From an uncultured virus (IMG/VR IMGVR_UViG_3300029964_000032) (Duplodnaviria > Heunggongvirae > Uroviricota > Caudoviricetes), in the IMG/VR virus record IMGVR_UViG_3300029964_000032: a DNA stretch of 64,000 bases. One strand, 5' to 3'. Under the pieces are notes generated by a model, which was given only the letters and a program-made list of their open reading frames with translations, was not told where the DNA came from and searched no databases. Positions 46,510 to 55,438 of the stretch are shown here, piece by piece. Each line of letters begins with the position of its first letter. The first letter of the stretch is position 1. The translations under genes and the position numbers were made by a program.

Positions 46510-47052
46510 ATGGAGACAATCACCGTACAGATATTCAAGGACGACGTGTATGAAGAGGTGGCAAAGGCTACCGACTACACAGGCGCGAAGCTGATAGACG
46601 GCGACGATGGAGCGCGAGACCGCATCCTCGCCACGGACAGCGACCTTTCAGATCTCGGCAGGTTTTGGGAGGAGTCGGTGCTTGCCACCAATGAGAGGCT
46701 GAAAGAGATGATCGTGAGCGGAGCTACGAAGCAGATACTTGTAACGATAACTCCTATTCCACCCATACAACAACCTAAAGATGTGGAGGCACAGAGCATC
46801 GTTGTTCCGTCGCTTGCGACGAGGACAGGCTACGAAGCCGTGCTGGAGGTGAGCAAGTCGTTTGACAAAGGGATGAAGGACAATGTACAGTCGGCCCTTC
46901 GCAACTTCTTCATTGCCTCAATCATCGCCCAGTGGTTCAAGCTGGCCAACAAGGGCGAAGCCGCTGACTACTTCAACCAAGCCGGAGAAATGATGGACGG
47001 TGCGGAACGTCTGCTATACAGCCGCAAGAGACCGACCCGTCCGAGTGACTAA
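46510..47052 (+). CDS. Probable tail ring/adaptor protein (paralog 1)
   Basis: 180 aa; C-terminal IIAQWFKLANK...YSRKRPTRP pattern shared with the next two genes. Confidence 0.55.
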   Translation: METITVQIFKDDVYEEVAKATDYTGAKLIDGDDGARDRILATDSDLSDLGRFWEESVLATNERLKEMIVSGATKQILVTITPIPPIQQPKDVEAQSIVVPSLATRTGYEAVLEVSKSFDKGMKDNVQSALRNFFIASIIAQWFKLANKGEAADYFNQAGEMMDGAERLLYSRKRPTRPSD

Positions 47053-47071
47053 CAAATAATATTTTATTTAC

Positions 47072-47587
47072 ATGGAAGGACAAGAAAAGACATTAGGTGC
47101 CAAGAAGAGCGTGACGGCAACCATCAAAATTTCGTGGCTTCTCTTCGACATCATGAACGAGACCTTCTTGCGTGGCCGTACTATCCAGAACAAGGACAAC
47201 CACAAGGAGGTGGCGAGCATGTTTGCCTCTGAGGACGAAGAAAACCGCGAGAAGATACTTCGCTCTATCAAGAAAGGCTTTGCCGAGGTGAAGACAGAAT
47301 TGTCAGACTATCTCAACGAGGACGGCACAACCACAGACAACAGCCACTATGACGGCAGCACAGACCTGACGCTTAACCTCACAATGCCGAGCAACTTCAA
47401 CGAGGCTGCAACCACCGGTGTAGGCGAGGCTATCCACGACTACCTGAAGAACTCTGCCATCGCCGAGTGGTACATGGTGACAAACAAGGCAGACGCTGAA
47501 CAGTACATTGCCCTTGCACAGAGAAGTTTGCTGAGCATCCAACAGGCAGTGAGCAAGCGTAGCCGCCCGAAGCGTCCAACAGACTAA
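47072..47587 (+). CDS. Probable tail ring/adaptor protein (paralog 2)
   Basis: 171 aa; AIAEWYMVTNK...SKRSRPKRP. Confidence 0.55.
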   Translation: MEGQEKTLGAKKSVTATIKISWLLFDIMNETFLRGRTIQNKDNHKEVASMFASEDEENREKILRSIKKGFAEVKTELSDYLNEDGTTTDNSHYDGSTDLTLNLTMPSNFNEAATTGVGEAIHDYLKNSAIAEWYMVTNKADAEQYIALAQRSLLSIQQAVSKRSRPKRPTD

Positions 47588-47599
47588 GGAGGAACGCTT

Positions 47600-48127
47600 A
47601 TGAGCTGCTGCATAGAGAATGAGGGAGCGAAGCTAAAGGTAAAGCTTACCTTCGAGCGAGAACAGCTGCTCTATGACATCAAGAACAATGCCTATGTGGA
47701 GAGCCATGTAATGGCCCCGGAAACCGAGCACGCCAAGCACATGGTGGCTGACGTTGGCGAGGAGGGCAATGTGGACCGGGTGACAAGAGTGCTGGATTTG
47801 GGTATCTCCATGTGCCGGGAAATACTTTACCCTTGGTCAAAGAAGGAAATCGTCAAACTCTGTCTTGACGACAAGCTAAAGGAGAGGGAGCAATATCATA
47901 TAAACATGAGTGTGCCCAACACTATTTCGCAAACCACGCTGACCTATGTGGAAAGGCTGATACATGAATACCTTGTGTGCCGAGGCGTGGCCGACTGGCT
48001 AAGCATAACTAATCCGTCGAAGTCGGAGACGTGGCTTGCCAAGGCTGCTGAGGCAGAGCAAGAAATACGCACCTCCATCCATTCAAGAATGGAGAGGAAG
48101 CGTATCAGGCAACATTGGTTAGGATAA
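47600..48127 (+). CDS. Probable tail ring/adaptor protein (paralog 3)
   Basis: 175 aa; GVADWLSITNP...HSRMERKR. Confidence 0.55.
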   Translation: MSCCIENEGAKLKVKLTFEREQLLYDIKNNAYVESHVMAPETEHAKHMVADVGEEGNVDRVTRVLDLGISMCREILYPWSKKEIVKLCLDDKLKEREQYHINMSVPNTISQTTLTYVERLIHEYLVCRGVADWLSITNPSKSETWLAKAAEAEQEIRTSIHSRMERKRIRQHWLG

Positions 48128-48131
48128 TAAA

Positions 48132-48170
48132 GACAAGAGCCGAGGTGCATCACGCATCCCGGCTCTTGTC
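48132..48170. terminator. Hairpin between convergent transcription units
   Basis: GACAAGAGCCG...CGGCTCTTGTC perfect 11-bp arms. Confidence 0.75.
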
Positions 48171-48226
48171 ATAGTTACCTAAAACAATCTAACCTTAATA
48201 AATAACTAAACCTAATAATATCTTCT

Positions 48227-51064
48227 TTATCTCGGCTTGTTGGTTTGTCGAGGTGTGAACTCGACTGACGCGCCGTAGATGTTTTCATCTGGTGAGAGTG
48301 TGGCTACACCGGCAATTCGGAAATACTTGTAAGGAGAGCCACGGAAGCCCTGTAGGTAATGGTCTTTACTTGACCATACAAGGTGCCAGTTCTGCAAGTC
48401 GCGCGAACCGTAGAGGGCCGTGGATACGTTCCCTTTGCGGAACAGTCCACGCTGTATGACACTGGCGACAGTCTTCAATACGTTTGCCGCTTCAAGCTTG
48501 AGAGGGCGTGTGACGTACAGGCATTTGACGGTATCCGTTATTGGGACAGAGAAGTTGAGTACAGCATTTTTTGTGTCCATGGCCAGTGCATCCGGATATG
48601 AATTGAGGTGTGAGACGATGTTAGAGAACATCATTCCCCATTGATTTGTCTTCAGCGAGAACACATAGGCGTATGTGATACCGGGCGCATAGACAATGAC
48701 GCGCTGATGAACATAGTCGTATAGCATCCGGCACTGCTTCAAAAACTTGGTGAACGATAGCGTAGGCAAGCACTTGTCTGTTGCAGGTTCATGTCCGAGC
48801 ATAGTGTGCAGCTTGTCGAACCCGGGAAGCCGGAGCGCATCGAACGGATATTCGGAGTTGATGGCTTCGGATATGCACTGTGTCTGCGAGCCGCTGATCA
48901 GCATTATGCCGCGGTCGGTTGGGAAGAGAACAGCGGAGTCGAGCTGTGTGATGCCGTCGGGATTGATGCACACGTCGCGCGTGATGGGCTGCTTGGCAGA
49001 ATAGGTGCCAGTAGACGAAACCTCTAACGCCCATACACCCTCAGAGGTGAAGGCATAGAGAGGAAACTGACCGAACTGTCCTTCAGAAAGAGCCTTTGCT
49101 GCAGAACAGATGCCCTTAATCTCTCCCGTGCCAACGGTGTTGATACCAAGTACCGGGAAGTAGAAGGGGTTGTTGACTTCGGAGGTGTAGATTTTGTTGG
49201 CAATCTCAATGGGGAAATTGTTGTCTTCGTGTGACGGATAGACAGACGGCAGCGACGTGAAGTTCTTTTCACGTACCAGTTCGTAGTCGAGGACAGCAAA
49301 GGCACCATTCAGGAACTCATGCTGTTTGAGGTCGATGGCATAACATGCAGCACTGAAATTATAGATAACCATTTTGTAGGCATTCGGATTTGGGTAGAAA
49401 ACATAACACCCCCACGAATGCTTACTCTTTTTCGTCGTTTGCGTTGAACCGCTGGTAGATACCATTTCAGAGCTACAGAATAACTGCATACCCATTCCAT
49501 AAAAACGTTCATCTGAAGCCACAGCATATTCCTGTCCGTTTTCTTTGATGTAAACCATAATGGAATAATCATCAGTAGAGAATGCCGCCATTGATATGTT
49601 TAGTGTGGAACCGTTTGGTTGCCAGTTGTAACGTCCATTGCAATATGCGAACATAGACTGGGCCAGATAGCCGGTAAATGGCTTGCGTTTGAGTCCGGAC
49701 AAGTTGAGGCGACTATTATAGACGAATGAGTAATCAGCATGCAGTTGGTCATGCGTCAGATAGTCGTCGGTCATAACCTCGCGCGTAACAAGAGACTGTA
49801 GATATTCATCATCAACGATAATGTCCTTTCGCTTGTTGTCGGCAATGGCATCTGCAATTTCAAGTGAACACAACTTGTAAAACGTTGAAGTGTTCTTGAT
49901 AGACTCTGACACCTTTCCTTCAGTGAACTCCGGCATGTGGAAAGCCGTAGAAGGATAAGAGCGGTCAGACGAATAGTACATAGCGTAGATCTTAGAATAC
50001 TCCCACTCACAGTAGTAGTCAAGAAATTCCTTAGAAGAGAACTGCCCGAGTATTTTGTCTTCTGCCTTTGTCGATGTTACGGTGTTCTTATTGTCGGCAT
50101 ACAGACGGCCAATAAACTTTGTATTGTAGTTGTCAACATCTGACATGGAAGAAATCTTTCCTTCTTGGTCGTATGTGTATATAGGCTTGGATATGAACAC
50201 ATCAATACTCTTGATAATGTCGGACCAGTCATTAAGATCGTACGAGTCGTCATTCCGTACAACCTTATAGTCGAGCGATGCGGCCATAAGCATGATGTCA
50301 CAGACAGCCTCTGTATAGCTATTCTTTCCCTTTGCCCTGTTCCACCATACAATGGGAGCTGCCTTAGTAGATGGGTTCATGAGAATGGGTGCGGAATGAT
50401 AAACAAGTGAACCGTCGTATAGACGCAAGGCATAACGGACAAAGAACGGAAAGCAGAACCGTCCTTTGTTGACAGTCTCCTGAGCAACGAACTTGTTGAC
50501 TTTCGCCATTATCTGTTCTGTGATACGAGTCTTGTTGTTCTCTGTGAACTCGTTGTAGAGTGCTCCCTCGGAAATACCATCAAAGTAAATGGTGAACGTA
50601 CTCTTGCTATCATCGGAAAGACTGAACAAACGAGGATGGCCGACAAGACCGAACGACACTTCAATATCCGGGATATGGTCGCCCAGTTTGACGTATTTGC
50701 CAGACTTCCACAAGTAATAGTAGAAGCTGCCGGACGTAAAGACGAGCAATGTATTACCTACAGCATTGAAATGAGAAACACTATATAGTGAGCCGACCTC
50801 TATGCGTTCTGTTGTGTCCTTGTCTATTGAGGCTATTTTCCCACTCTTCTCAGAATATACGATGTAGTGAGTGAAAGAGGAAGTCTTGTGTATAAACTTG
50901 ACGACCTCACCATCTTGAAGCTGCATAACTTCTGATGGCGCGAGGATAGGCTTCAAGGCACCGTCTTCTGGCAGGAGATTGATGGACACGGCAAGAGAGC
51001 CGTCGGAACATTCATAGTCTGACGGCACAGCGGAGAAGCCACTATATTTTATTTCTTGGTTCAT
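48227..51064 (-). CDS. Probable tail nozzle / DNA stabilisation protein (beta-propeller type)
   Basis: 945 aa, beta-rich; N-terminal SDYECSDGSLAVSINL and C-terminal YGSRDLQNW...YKYFRI patterns; assignment inferred. Confidence 0.55.
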   Translation of the reverse strand: MNQEIKYSGFSAVPSDYECSDGSLAVSINLLPEDGALKPILAPSEVMQLQDGEVVKFIHKTSSFTHYIVYSEKSGKIASIDKDTTERIEVGSLYSVSHFNAVGNTLLVFTSGSFYYYLWKSGKYVKLGDHIPDIEVSFGLVGHPRLFSLSDDSKSTFTIYFDGISEGALYNEFTENNKTRITEQIMAKVNKFVAQETVNKGRFCFPFFVRYALRLYDGSLVYHSAPILMNPSTKAAPIVWWNRAKGKNSYTEAVCDIMLMAASLDYKVVRNDDSYDLNDWSDIIKSIDVFISKPIYTYDQEGKISSMSDVDNYNTKFIGRLYADNKNTVTSTKAEDKILGQFSSKEFLDYYCEWEYSKIYAMYYSSDRSYPSTAFHMPEFTEGKVSESIKNTSTFYKLCSLEIADAIADNKRKDIIVDDEYLQSLVTREVMTDDYLTHDQLHADYSFVYNSRLNLSGLKRKPFTGYLAQSMFAYCNGRYNWQPNGSTLNISMAAFSTDDYSIMVYIKENGQEYAVASDERFYGMGMQLFCSSEMVSTSGSTQTTKKSKHSWGCYVFYPNPNAYKMVIYNFSAACYAIDLKQHEFLNGAFAVLDYELVREKNFTSLPSVYPSHEDNNFPIEIANKIYTSEVNNPFYFPVLGINTVGTGEIKGICSAAKALSEGQFGQFPLYAFTSEGVWALEVSSTGTYSAKQPITRDVCINPDGITQLDSAVLFPTDRGIMLISGSQTQCISEAINSEYPFDALRLPGFDKLHTMLGHEPATDKCLPTLSFTKFLKQCRMLYDYVHQRVIVYAPGITYAYVFSLKTNQWGMMFSNIVSHLNSYPDALAMDTKNAVLNFSVPITDTVKCLYVTRPLKLEAANVLKTVASVIQRGLFRKGNVSTALYGSRDLQNWHLVWSSKDHYLQGFRGSPYKYFRIAGVATLSPDENIYGASVEFTPRQTNKPR

Positions 51065-51429
51065 AACGGATGCTTAAATATTATTGGTAAAACTGTTTCG
51101 CCGTCGCGTTTCTCTGCTTGGCCTATCATGAATGAGGCACGCTGCTCTTTTATGCCGCAGTTGTCGAGCATGAGCCGTGCGAGGAGGACGGAAGACGCAC
51201 AGTAGTTGTTGGAACCTTTCTTTGTCGGGTGACACTGTGCGACATGCCGTCCTATTGCATTTTGGTGCCGGACAGCAAGCAGGTAGCACTCGCCAAGGTG
51301 GAAGGCTACGTTGATACTGTCGCCCGGCTGGAGCGAGAGTAGCCGCACGACTCTTGCCGTAATGGAAATGCGGCCATTACGGGAGAATGTTATGTCGGGG
51401 CGGCGTGTTCGTTCCAAGAGTTTAATCAT
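51061..51429 (-). CDS. Hypothetical protein
   Basis: 122 aa; NGRISITARVVRLLSLQPGDSI resembles an AbrB-like hairpin; ATGA overlap with the 945-aa gene. Confidence 0.7.
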   Translation of the reverse strand: MIKLLERTRRPDITFSRNGRISITARVVRLLSLQPGDSINVAFHLGECYLLAVRHQNAIGRHVAQCHPTKKGSNNYCASSVLLARLMLDNCGIKEQRASFMIGQAEKRDGETVLPIIFKHPL

Positions 51430-51433
51430 AATG

Positions 51434-51474
51434 CAAAGATATAGGGTTGTTGATGAAAGATGGTTTTAAGTTTA
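51434..51474 (-). promoter_or_regulatory. Promoter for 122-aa and 945-aa genes
   Basis: Minus strand TAAACTTAAAAC (variant base at 51470) and TATCTTTG 51441-51434. Confidence 0.6.
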
Positions 51475-51491
51475 GAGGGGCGTTCAATCCA

Positions 51492-51668
51492 TCATGTGAT
51501 GATGAATTGAACGTAGAAGTGAAACTCCCGGCACAACCTTGGTATTTGTGGGTAGTGCTTTGGATCCTCATTGTAGGGGAGGTATATGCACCGCTCCTTG
51601 GTGTTGCAGTGAATACCTCTCCTACGTAGCTTGTAGAGCATGTTAGCCCTGCGTTTGGGATGGCGCAT
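51492..51668 (-). CDS. Small basic hypothetical protein, 58 aa (not in ORF track)
   Basis: MRHPKRRANMLYKLRRRGIHCNTKERCIYLPYNEDPKHYPQIPRLCREFHFYVQFIIT fills the gap in the minus-strand gene run. Confidence 0.6.
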   Translation of the reverse strand: MRHPKRRANMLYKLRRRGIHCNTKERCIYLPYNEDPKHYPQIPRLCREFHFYVQFIIT

Positions 51669-52062
51669 CTTTCAAGAATTTAAGGCGCGTAGCAAGATTG
51701 CCGAGATAATTGCTCATGTTTATACGCTGGAGAGCCATGAGCCAAATCTGGTTTTCATCGCATACCTTCTCTGCCTTGCCACTTTCAAGAAAGTTGTCGA
51801 GCTTGTTGTAACGCTCCTTCAATTCGTCGTGCTCTATCTGCAAGCGGTCGATGAAGCTGTCGGCACACTTGTAGGCTTGCTCAAAGACAGACTTAGGCGA
51901 CCAAGAGTCGTAGGTGCTGCCGTCCGGATTGGTGTACTGCACGTGATAACCTTCACGCCATTCGTGGTTGTCCTCGTTCTTGCGAGCGTAACCTTTATCT
52001 ACTGCGGCCAATTCGTTCATAGGTTCGGCCTTAACCTGTTTTGTTCCGATGTAAGTTTTCAT
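51643..52062 (-). CDS. Two-domain phage protein (YIGTK...SWSPK domain plus crAss001_48-like helical domain)
   Basis: MKTYIGTKQVKAEPM...GYHVQY...SWSPKSVFEQAY then DRLQIEHDELKERYNKLDNFL. Confidence 0.7.
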   Translation of the reverse strand: MKTYIGTKQVKAEPMNELAAVDKGYARKNEDNHEWREGYHVQYTNPDGSTYDSWSPKSVFEQAYKCADSFIDRLQIEHDELKERYNKLDNFLESGKAEKVCDENQIWLMALQRINMSNYLGNLATRLKFLKDAPSQTQG

Positions 52063-52313
52063 TGTTTTATTGTTTTATGTTTACCATGACGTTTCAAACA
52101 CACTTCACATTTGATGAAAGTGTTTTTGTTGATCATCGTTTCTAATTGATGCTGCCTTTCGTGTTCCATCTTTGATAAGAACTTAGCATCGCTAAATCCT
52201 TTCTTGTAACCATCGAAGTAGCCCTGCTCTTTTCCTTTGTCTTTGCCTAATTGCCAAGCGAGCAGGAGAAAGAAAGCGACGAGAAGGGCTATTGTCCATA
52301 TAGCTGCTATCAT
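52059..52313 (-). CDS. Small membrane-anchored hypothetical protein
   Basis: N-terminal TM segment; GYFDGYKKG motif; ATGA overlaps. Confidence 0.65.
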   Translation of the reverse strand: MIAAIWTIALLVAFFLLLAWQLGKDKGKEQGYFDGYKKGFSDAKFLSKMEHERQHQLETMINKNTFIKCEVCLKRHGKHKTIKQ

Positions 52314-52603
52314 CGTCTTGCCTTTCTTTTGCGTTTAGGGTTACGGATTGGGTACAGCCCGTCCTCATCATCGTGCCACCAGTTGTAGCCGTATCCGTGT
52401 TCGACGCGCCCTCCGGGATAGGAGCGTGAGTAGATGAGGACACGTCCCCACTTGTCCATGACATAGCAGGTGCTGTAGTTCTTGCCTCTTATTGACAGGC
52501 TCCAGTGTTCGCGGATGCGAAGGTAGAGGTACATGGCCTTGTTGGTAAGGCGTTGAGGCATTACCTTGTAGTTGTCGATTTTTCGTGCAATTCTTCTTTT
52601 CAT
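52310..52603 (-). CDS. Small basic hypothetical protein
   Basis: 97 aa; ATGA overlaps on both sides. Confidence 0.65.
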   Translation of the reverse strand: MKRRIARKIDNYKVMPQRLTNKAMYLYLRIREHWSLSIRGKNYSTCYVMDKWGRVLIYSRSYPGGRVEHGYGYNWWHDDEDGLYPIRNPKRKRKARR

Positions 52604-52818
52604 ACGAATTTGTTTCTTGAAAGTTTTTCTTTATAATAGAATGGCTTAATCTTGCCGTCCGCTACGCCATTCCAATAGTAGCGGAGAGCCTTTTTAATTT
52701 GCGGTTGGCGGTATGTTGCACACCACTGGAGAGCACGGTCGAACCATGCGCTGCTCATGCGGTCGATTGGGGTGTACTTTACCATGCGGACTATTTTCCG
52801 GGCTTGTCGTGAGCGCAT
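52600..52818 (-). CDS. Small basic hypothetical protein
   Basis: 72 aa starting MRSRQARKI. Confidence 0.6.
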   Translation of the reverse strand: MRSRQARKIVRMVKYTPIDRMSSAWFDRALQWCATYRQPQIKKALRYYWNGVADGKIKPFYYKEKLSRNKFV

Positions 52819-53036
52819 CCTTTCTCCTCCTTTTTGTCGGAATAATCGACCTTTAATACAAATTTTCTGCCAATATATTCTTTTCTACCCCGAAGATCTT
52901 TGAGTGTCAGACCTTTTGGAACTTTAATATGCTTACACATATATAGTGACACTCTAAGGTTTTTGACATCGACATTTTTTGAACGATGGTCTGTAATTTC
53001 GATGCAGCGCATTGTCAGCTTATAAACTTTATTCAT
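52791..53036 (-). CDS. Hypothetical protein, AT-rich
   Basis: 81-aa ORF in the minus-strand run. Confidence 0.5.
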   Translation of the reverse strand: MNKVYKLTMRCIEITDHRSKNVDVKNLRVSLYMCKHIKVPKGLTLKDLRGRKEYIGRKFVLKVDYSDKKEEKGCAHDKPGK

Positions 53037-53079
53037 TGCTTATGACCACTAATTTATAACCATATTTTAGAGTTGTATC

Positions 53080-53691
53080 TTATTTTACAAGATAAAAATT
53101 GTAAACGAAAACCCAAGGGTTGCTCTCCCATGTGCCCTTGCCGCTGATTTTGTCTATCAGGGCAGCGTAGGCTTCTTTCGCTGTTCTGAACGAGGAGTTG
53201 GCAAGACCGTGATACCAATACGTCGTGCCTTCAAGCCCTACGTTGTCGTCACGCCAAATGCCTTCTTTTAGGCAATCTTCTTCGCTGATGTCTTGCAGAC
53301 GTTCTACGCGGATGTTGGTAATGCGAATATGATGGGGCATAAGGTCTGCACGGACAAACATCTTGTTGTTGCACCCTCTCTCGTATTTGATGCACTCCAA
53401 AGGCATTCCGTTTTTGCCACAAAGACGGTAAAATTCATCGTTCTTTATCAAATCTTCGTATTTCTGGGCGATGGCTATGGTTTCGCCTATTTTATAGTGG
53501 GCGGTTTTAAACCTGTTGTTGCAAAGCGTAAGCAGAGCCTGCCCATTGTCGAGCTTTTTGAGTTGAAAATCTTCACCATCAAACACAACAAACCCGTTTT
53601 GCGTATAGACTATTCTTCTTGTCTGCGTCTTTCGACCGTCAAGTACGGCTTGTGTTAAGCCGCACTCGTCGTTGAACATTATCTTTTTCAT
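53080..53691 (-). CDS. ASCH/PUA-like phage protein
   Basis: AVLDGRKTQTRR, IRVERLQDISEEDCLKEG, WESNPWVFVYNF. Confidence 0.8.
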   Translation of the reverse strand: MKKIMFNDECGLTQAVLDGRKTQTRRIVYTQNGFVVFDGEDFQLKKLDNGQALLTLCNNRFKTAHYKIGETIAIAQKYEDLIKNDEFYRLCGKNGMPLECIKYERGCNNKMFVRADLMPHHIRITNIRVERLQDISEEDCLKEGIWRDDNVGLEGTTYWYHGLANSSFRTAKEAYAALIDKISGKGTWESNPWVFVYNFYLVK

Positions 53692-53724
53692 AAAAATATT
53701 ATTAATAAGTTTGAGTATTTAAAT

Positions 53725-53913
53725 CTATCGTCCGAGCGGCTCTGGAGGTATCGCACGACTAAATTTGCGTACGATACGCTCGGCACGGCGTATGCGTTCG
53801 TCAATGAGTGTTAGTAGAAGCACGTTAGAAGGACGCACGTCATATCTATTCCAATAGTTAGCCGTTCTACGCCCTGATCTCTTGATGATTTTTCTCGCTT
53901 GCCGAAGTTTCAT
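53725..53913 (-). CDS. Small basic hypothetical protein
   Basis: Starts MKLRQARKI at ATG 53913. Confidence 0.6.
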   Translation of the reverse strand: MKLRQARKIIKRSGRRTANYWNRYDVRPSNVLLLTLIDERIRRAERIVRKFSRAIPPEPLGR

Positions 53914-53915
53914 AT

Positions 53916-54374
53916 TTATACTTTTAGTTCTGCGTTCAACCCCAACGCCCAAAGGATATGTTGAAGTTCGTGGATGTATTTAATTTTTCGTAACAGAGCA
54001 TAATCGTACAAACTACAATACTTAATGAAAACGACCCAATTACCACTTTTCCGCTCTACCGCCAAATATCTCGCAAGAGAATACTCCTCGTTATCAAGAG
54101 GCTTTGTATAGTATTCACCAACGGCTTCTTCCTTAAAATCATTTTTGTTGAGTATTTCGGGTGTAACGGGTATGCCTTCGACATTGCAACACCAAACGCC
54201 CCAAGGACCGTCGTCGTCATCGTTGATAGCACTTAGACTGACAACTCCTTTTTTATCATTAAAAACTTTTAGGGGATTTATATCAGAAACAACGCACATT
54301 GTGCCTTTCGGAAACGCGCAATCGCGACTCACCCTTACAAAGTCGCCTGTTCTTAGGTCTTCTGCTTTAATCAT
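53916..54374 (-). CDS. Hypothetical phage protein
   Basis: EDLRTGDFV...IPVTPEILNKN...IKYIHELQH pattern. Confidence 0.75.
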   Translation of the reverse strand: MIKAEDLRTGDFVRVSRDCAFPKGTMCVVSDINPLKVFNDKKGVVSLSAINDDDDGPWGVWCCNVEGIPVTPEILNKNDFKEEAVGEYYTKPLDNEEYSLARYLAVERKSGNWVVFIKYCSLYDYALLRKIKYIHELQHILWALGLNAELKV

Positions 54375-54655
54375 TTGTCGCCTCCTTTGTTTTGGAATGG
54401 TTTATCTGGAAGCAAACACCAGTATTTCCACTTGTATTCAGCTTTGTTTGGTACAGGCAATCCCATTTCGTTATACATAGGTGACGGATTGTCAATGTTG
54501 GCAATTCGCTTACAAGCATTGCGTAACAAGGCTTGGAATTTATCTGTAGCTTCTTTTGTCTTGCGGAATGTTAAACGAGTGAAACCACGTTCGCTAAGAA
54601 GTACTATCTCTTTGTTGAACGGTGGCAATTCGTCTGAAAGTTTAATCCATTTCAT
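54371..54655 (-). CDS. DUF551-like hypothetical protein
   Basis: MKWIKLSDELP...KYWCLLP. Confidence 0.65.
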   Translation of the reverse strand: MKWIKLSDELPPFNKEIVLLSERGFTRLTFRKTKEATDKFQALLRNACKRIANIDNPSPMYNEMGLPVPNKAEYKWKYWCLLPDKPFQNKGGDK

Positions 54656-55053
54656 ACTGTACCTCCTTTCTTCACCATTTCGGGATTGTCGTAGATGTTT
54701 CCAACAACCTCAACATCGCCTTCATAATCGTTGACAACGACTCCGTATAACGACCATGTGCTTGTGCTTACTGGATCGGCATACACTACATCAAAACAGT
54801 AACCGCGAACACCATCAACAACATGACCGATAACTCTGCCATTGTGTGCGAGAATGTCACCGCCATAAATCTCATGGTTGTTCTTGTCTCTTAGCCCAGT
54901 ATCCATGCCGAGTGTCTTTTCTTGTATTGTAACGCAGCCATTCTCAAAGTCTGCATATTCAAAAATAGCTGGTTGTCTACCCATCCAAACCAAGTCACCA
55001 TGTACCCAACGGCCACTACCAACGGCTTTGCCGCGAAAATCAATTGTTCTCAT
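54652..55053 (-). CDS. YopX family protein
   Basis: IDFRGK, TGLRDKNNHEIYGGDI, EVVGNIYDNPE. Confidence 0.88.
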   Translation of the reverse strand: MRTIDFRGKAVGSGRWVHGDLVWMGRQPAIFEYADFENGCVTIQEKTLGMDTGLRDKNNHEIYGGDILAHNGRVIGHVVDGVRGYCFDVVYADPVSTSTWSLYGVVVNDYEGDVEVVGNIYDNPEMVKKGGTV

Positions 55054-55435
55054 TGTCTGTCTCTTTCTTTTTTAGTTCTTTGATAAGTGTATCTGCGAAG
55101 CGTATAGCTTCACGGCAGCAGCCTTCGAGAGTCTTATATTCAAAGCCGTTGATTGGCGAGTGGTCAGCTCTTGCCGCATTGCCATCGTCGGTGTAGATGG
55201 CAGGGAGCATGGTCTTTGCTATGTCGTAGCGGCGTTGTTCCCAGTTTACGTTACGGTCAGCTCGCCCCATGTAAGCCCAGTATAAATCAAGGTTCTTGTC
55301 ATAGCTATTCTTTGAGTCGAGAATGAAACCGTTAAACTCTGCGACTACACGACTTCCTGATAGTTTGGCGGTGTGTAATACTAATTTGACAGCATCTTCA
55401 ATGCTCGTCATTGATTTAATCTCTATTGTTTCCAT
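55040..55435 (-). CDS. Hypothetical phage protein
   Basis: NWEQRRYDIAK...FADTLIKELK pattern. Confidence 0.7.
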   Translation of the reverse strand: METIEIKSMTSIEDAVKLVLHTAKLSGSRVVAEFNGFILDSKNSYDKNLDLYWAYMGRADRNVNWEQRRYDIAKTMLPAIYTDDGNAARADHSPINGFEYKTLEGCCREAIRFADTLIKELKKKETDNENN

Positions 55436-55438
55436 AAA

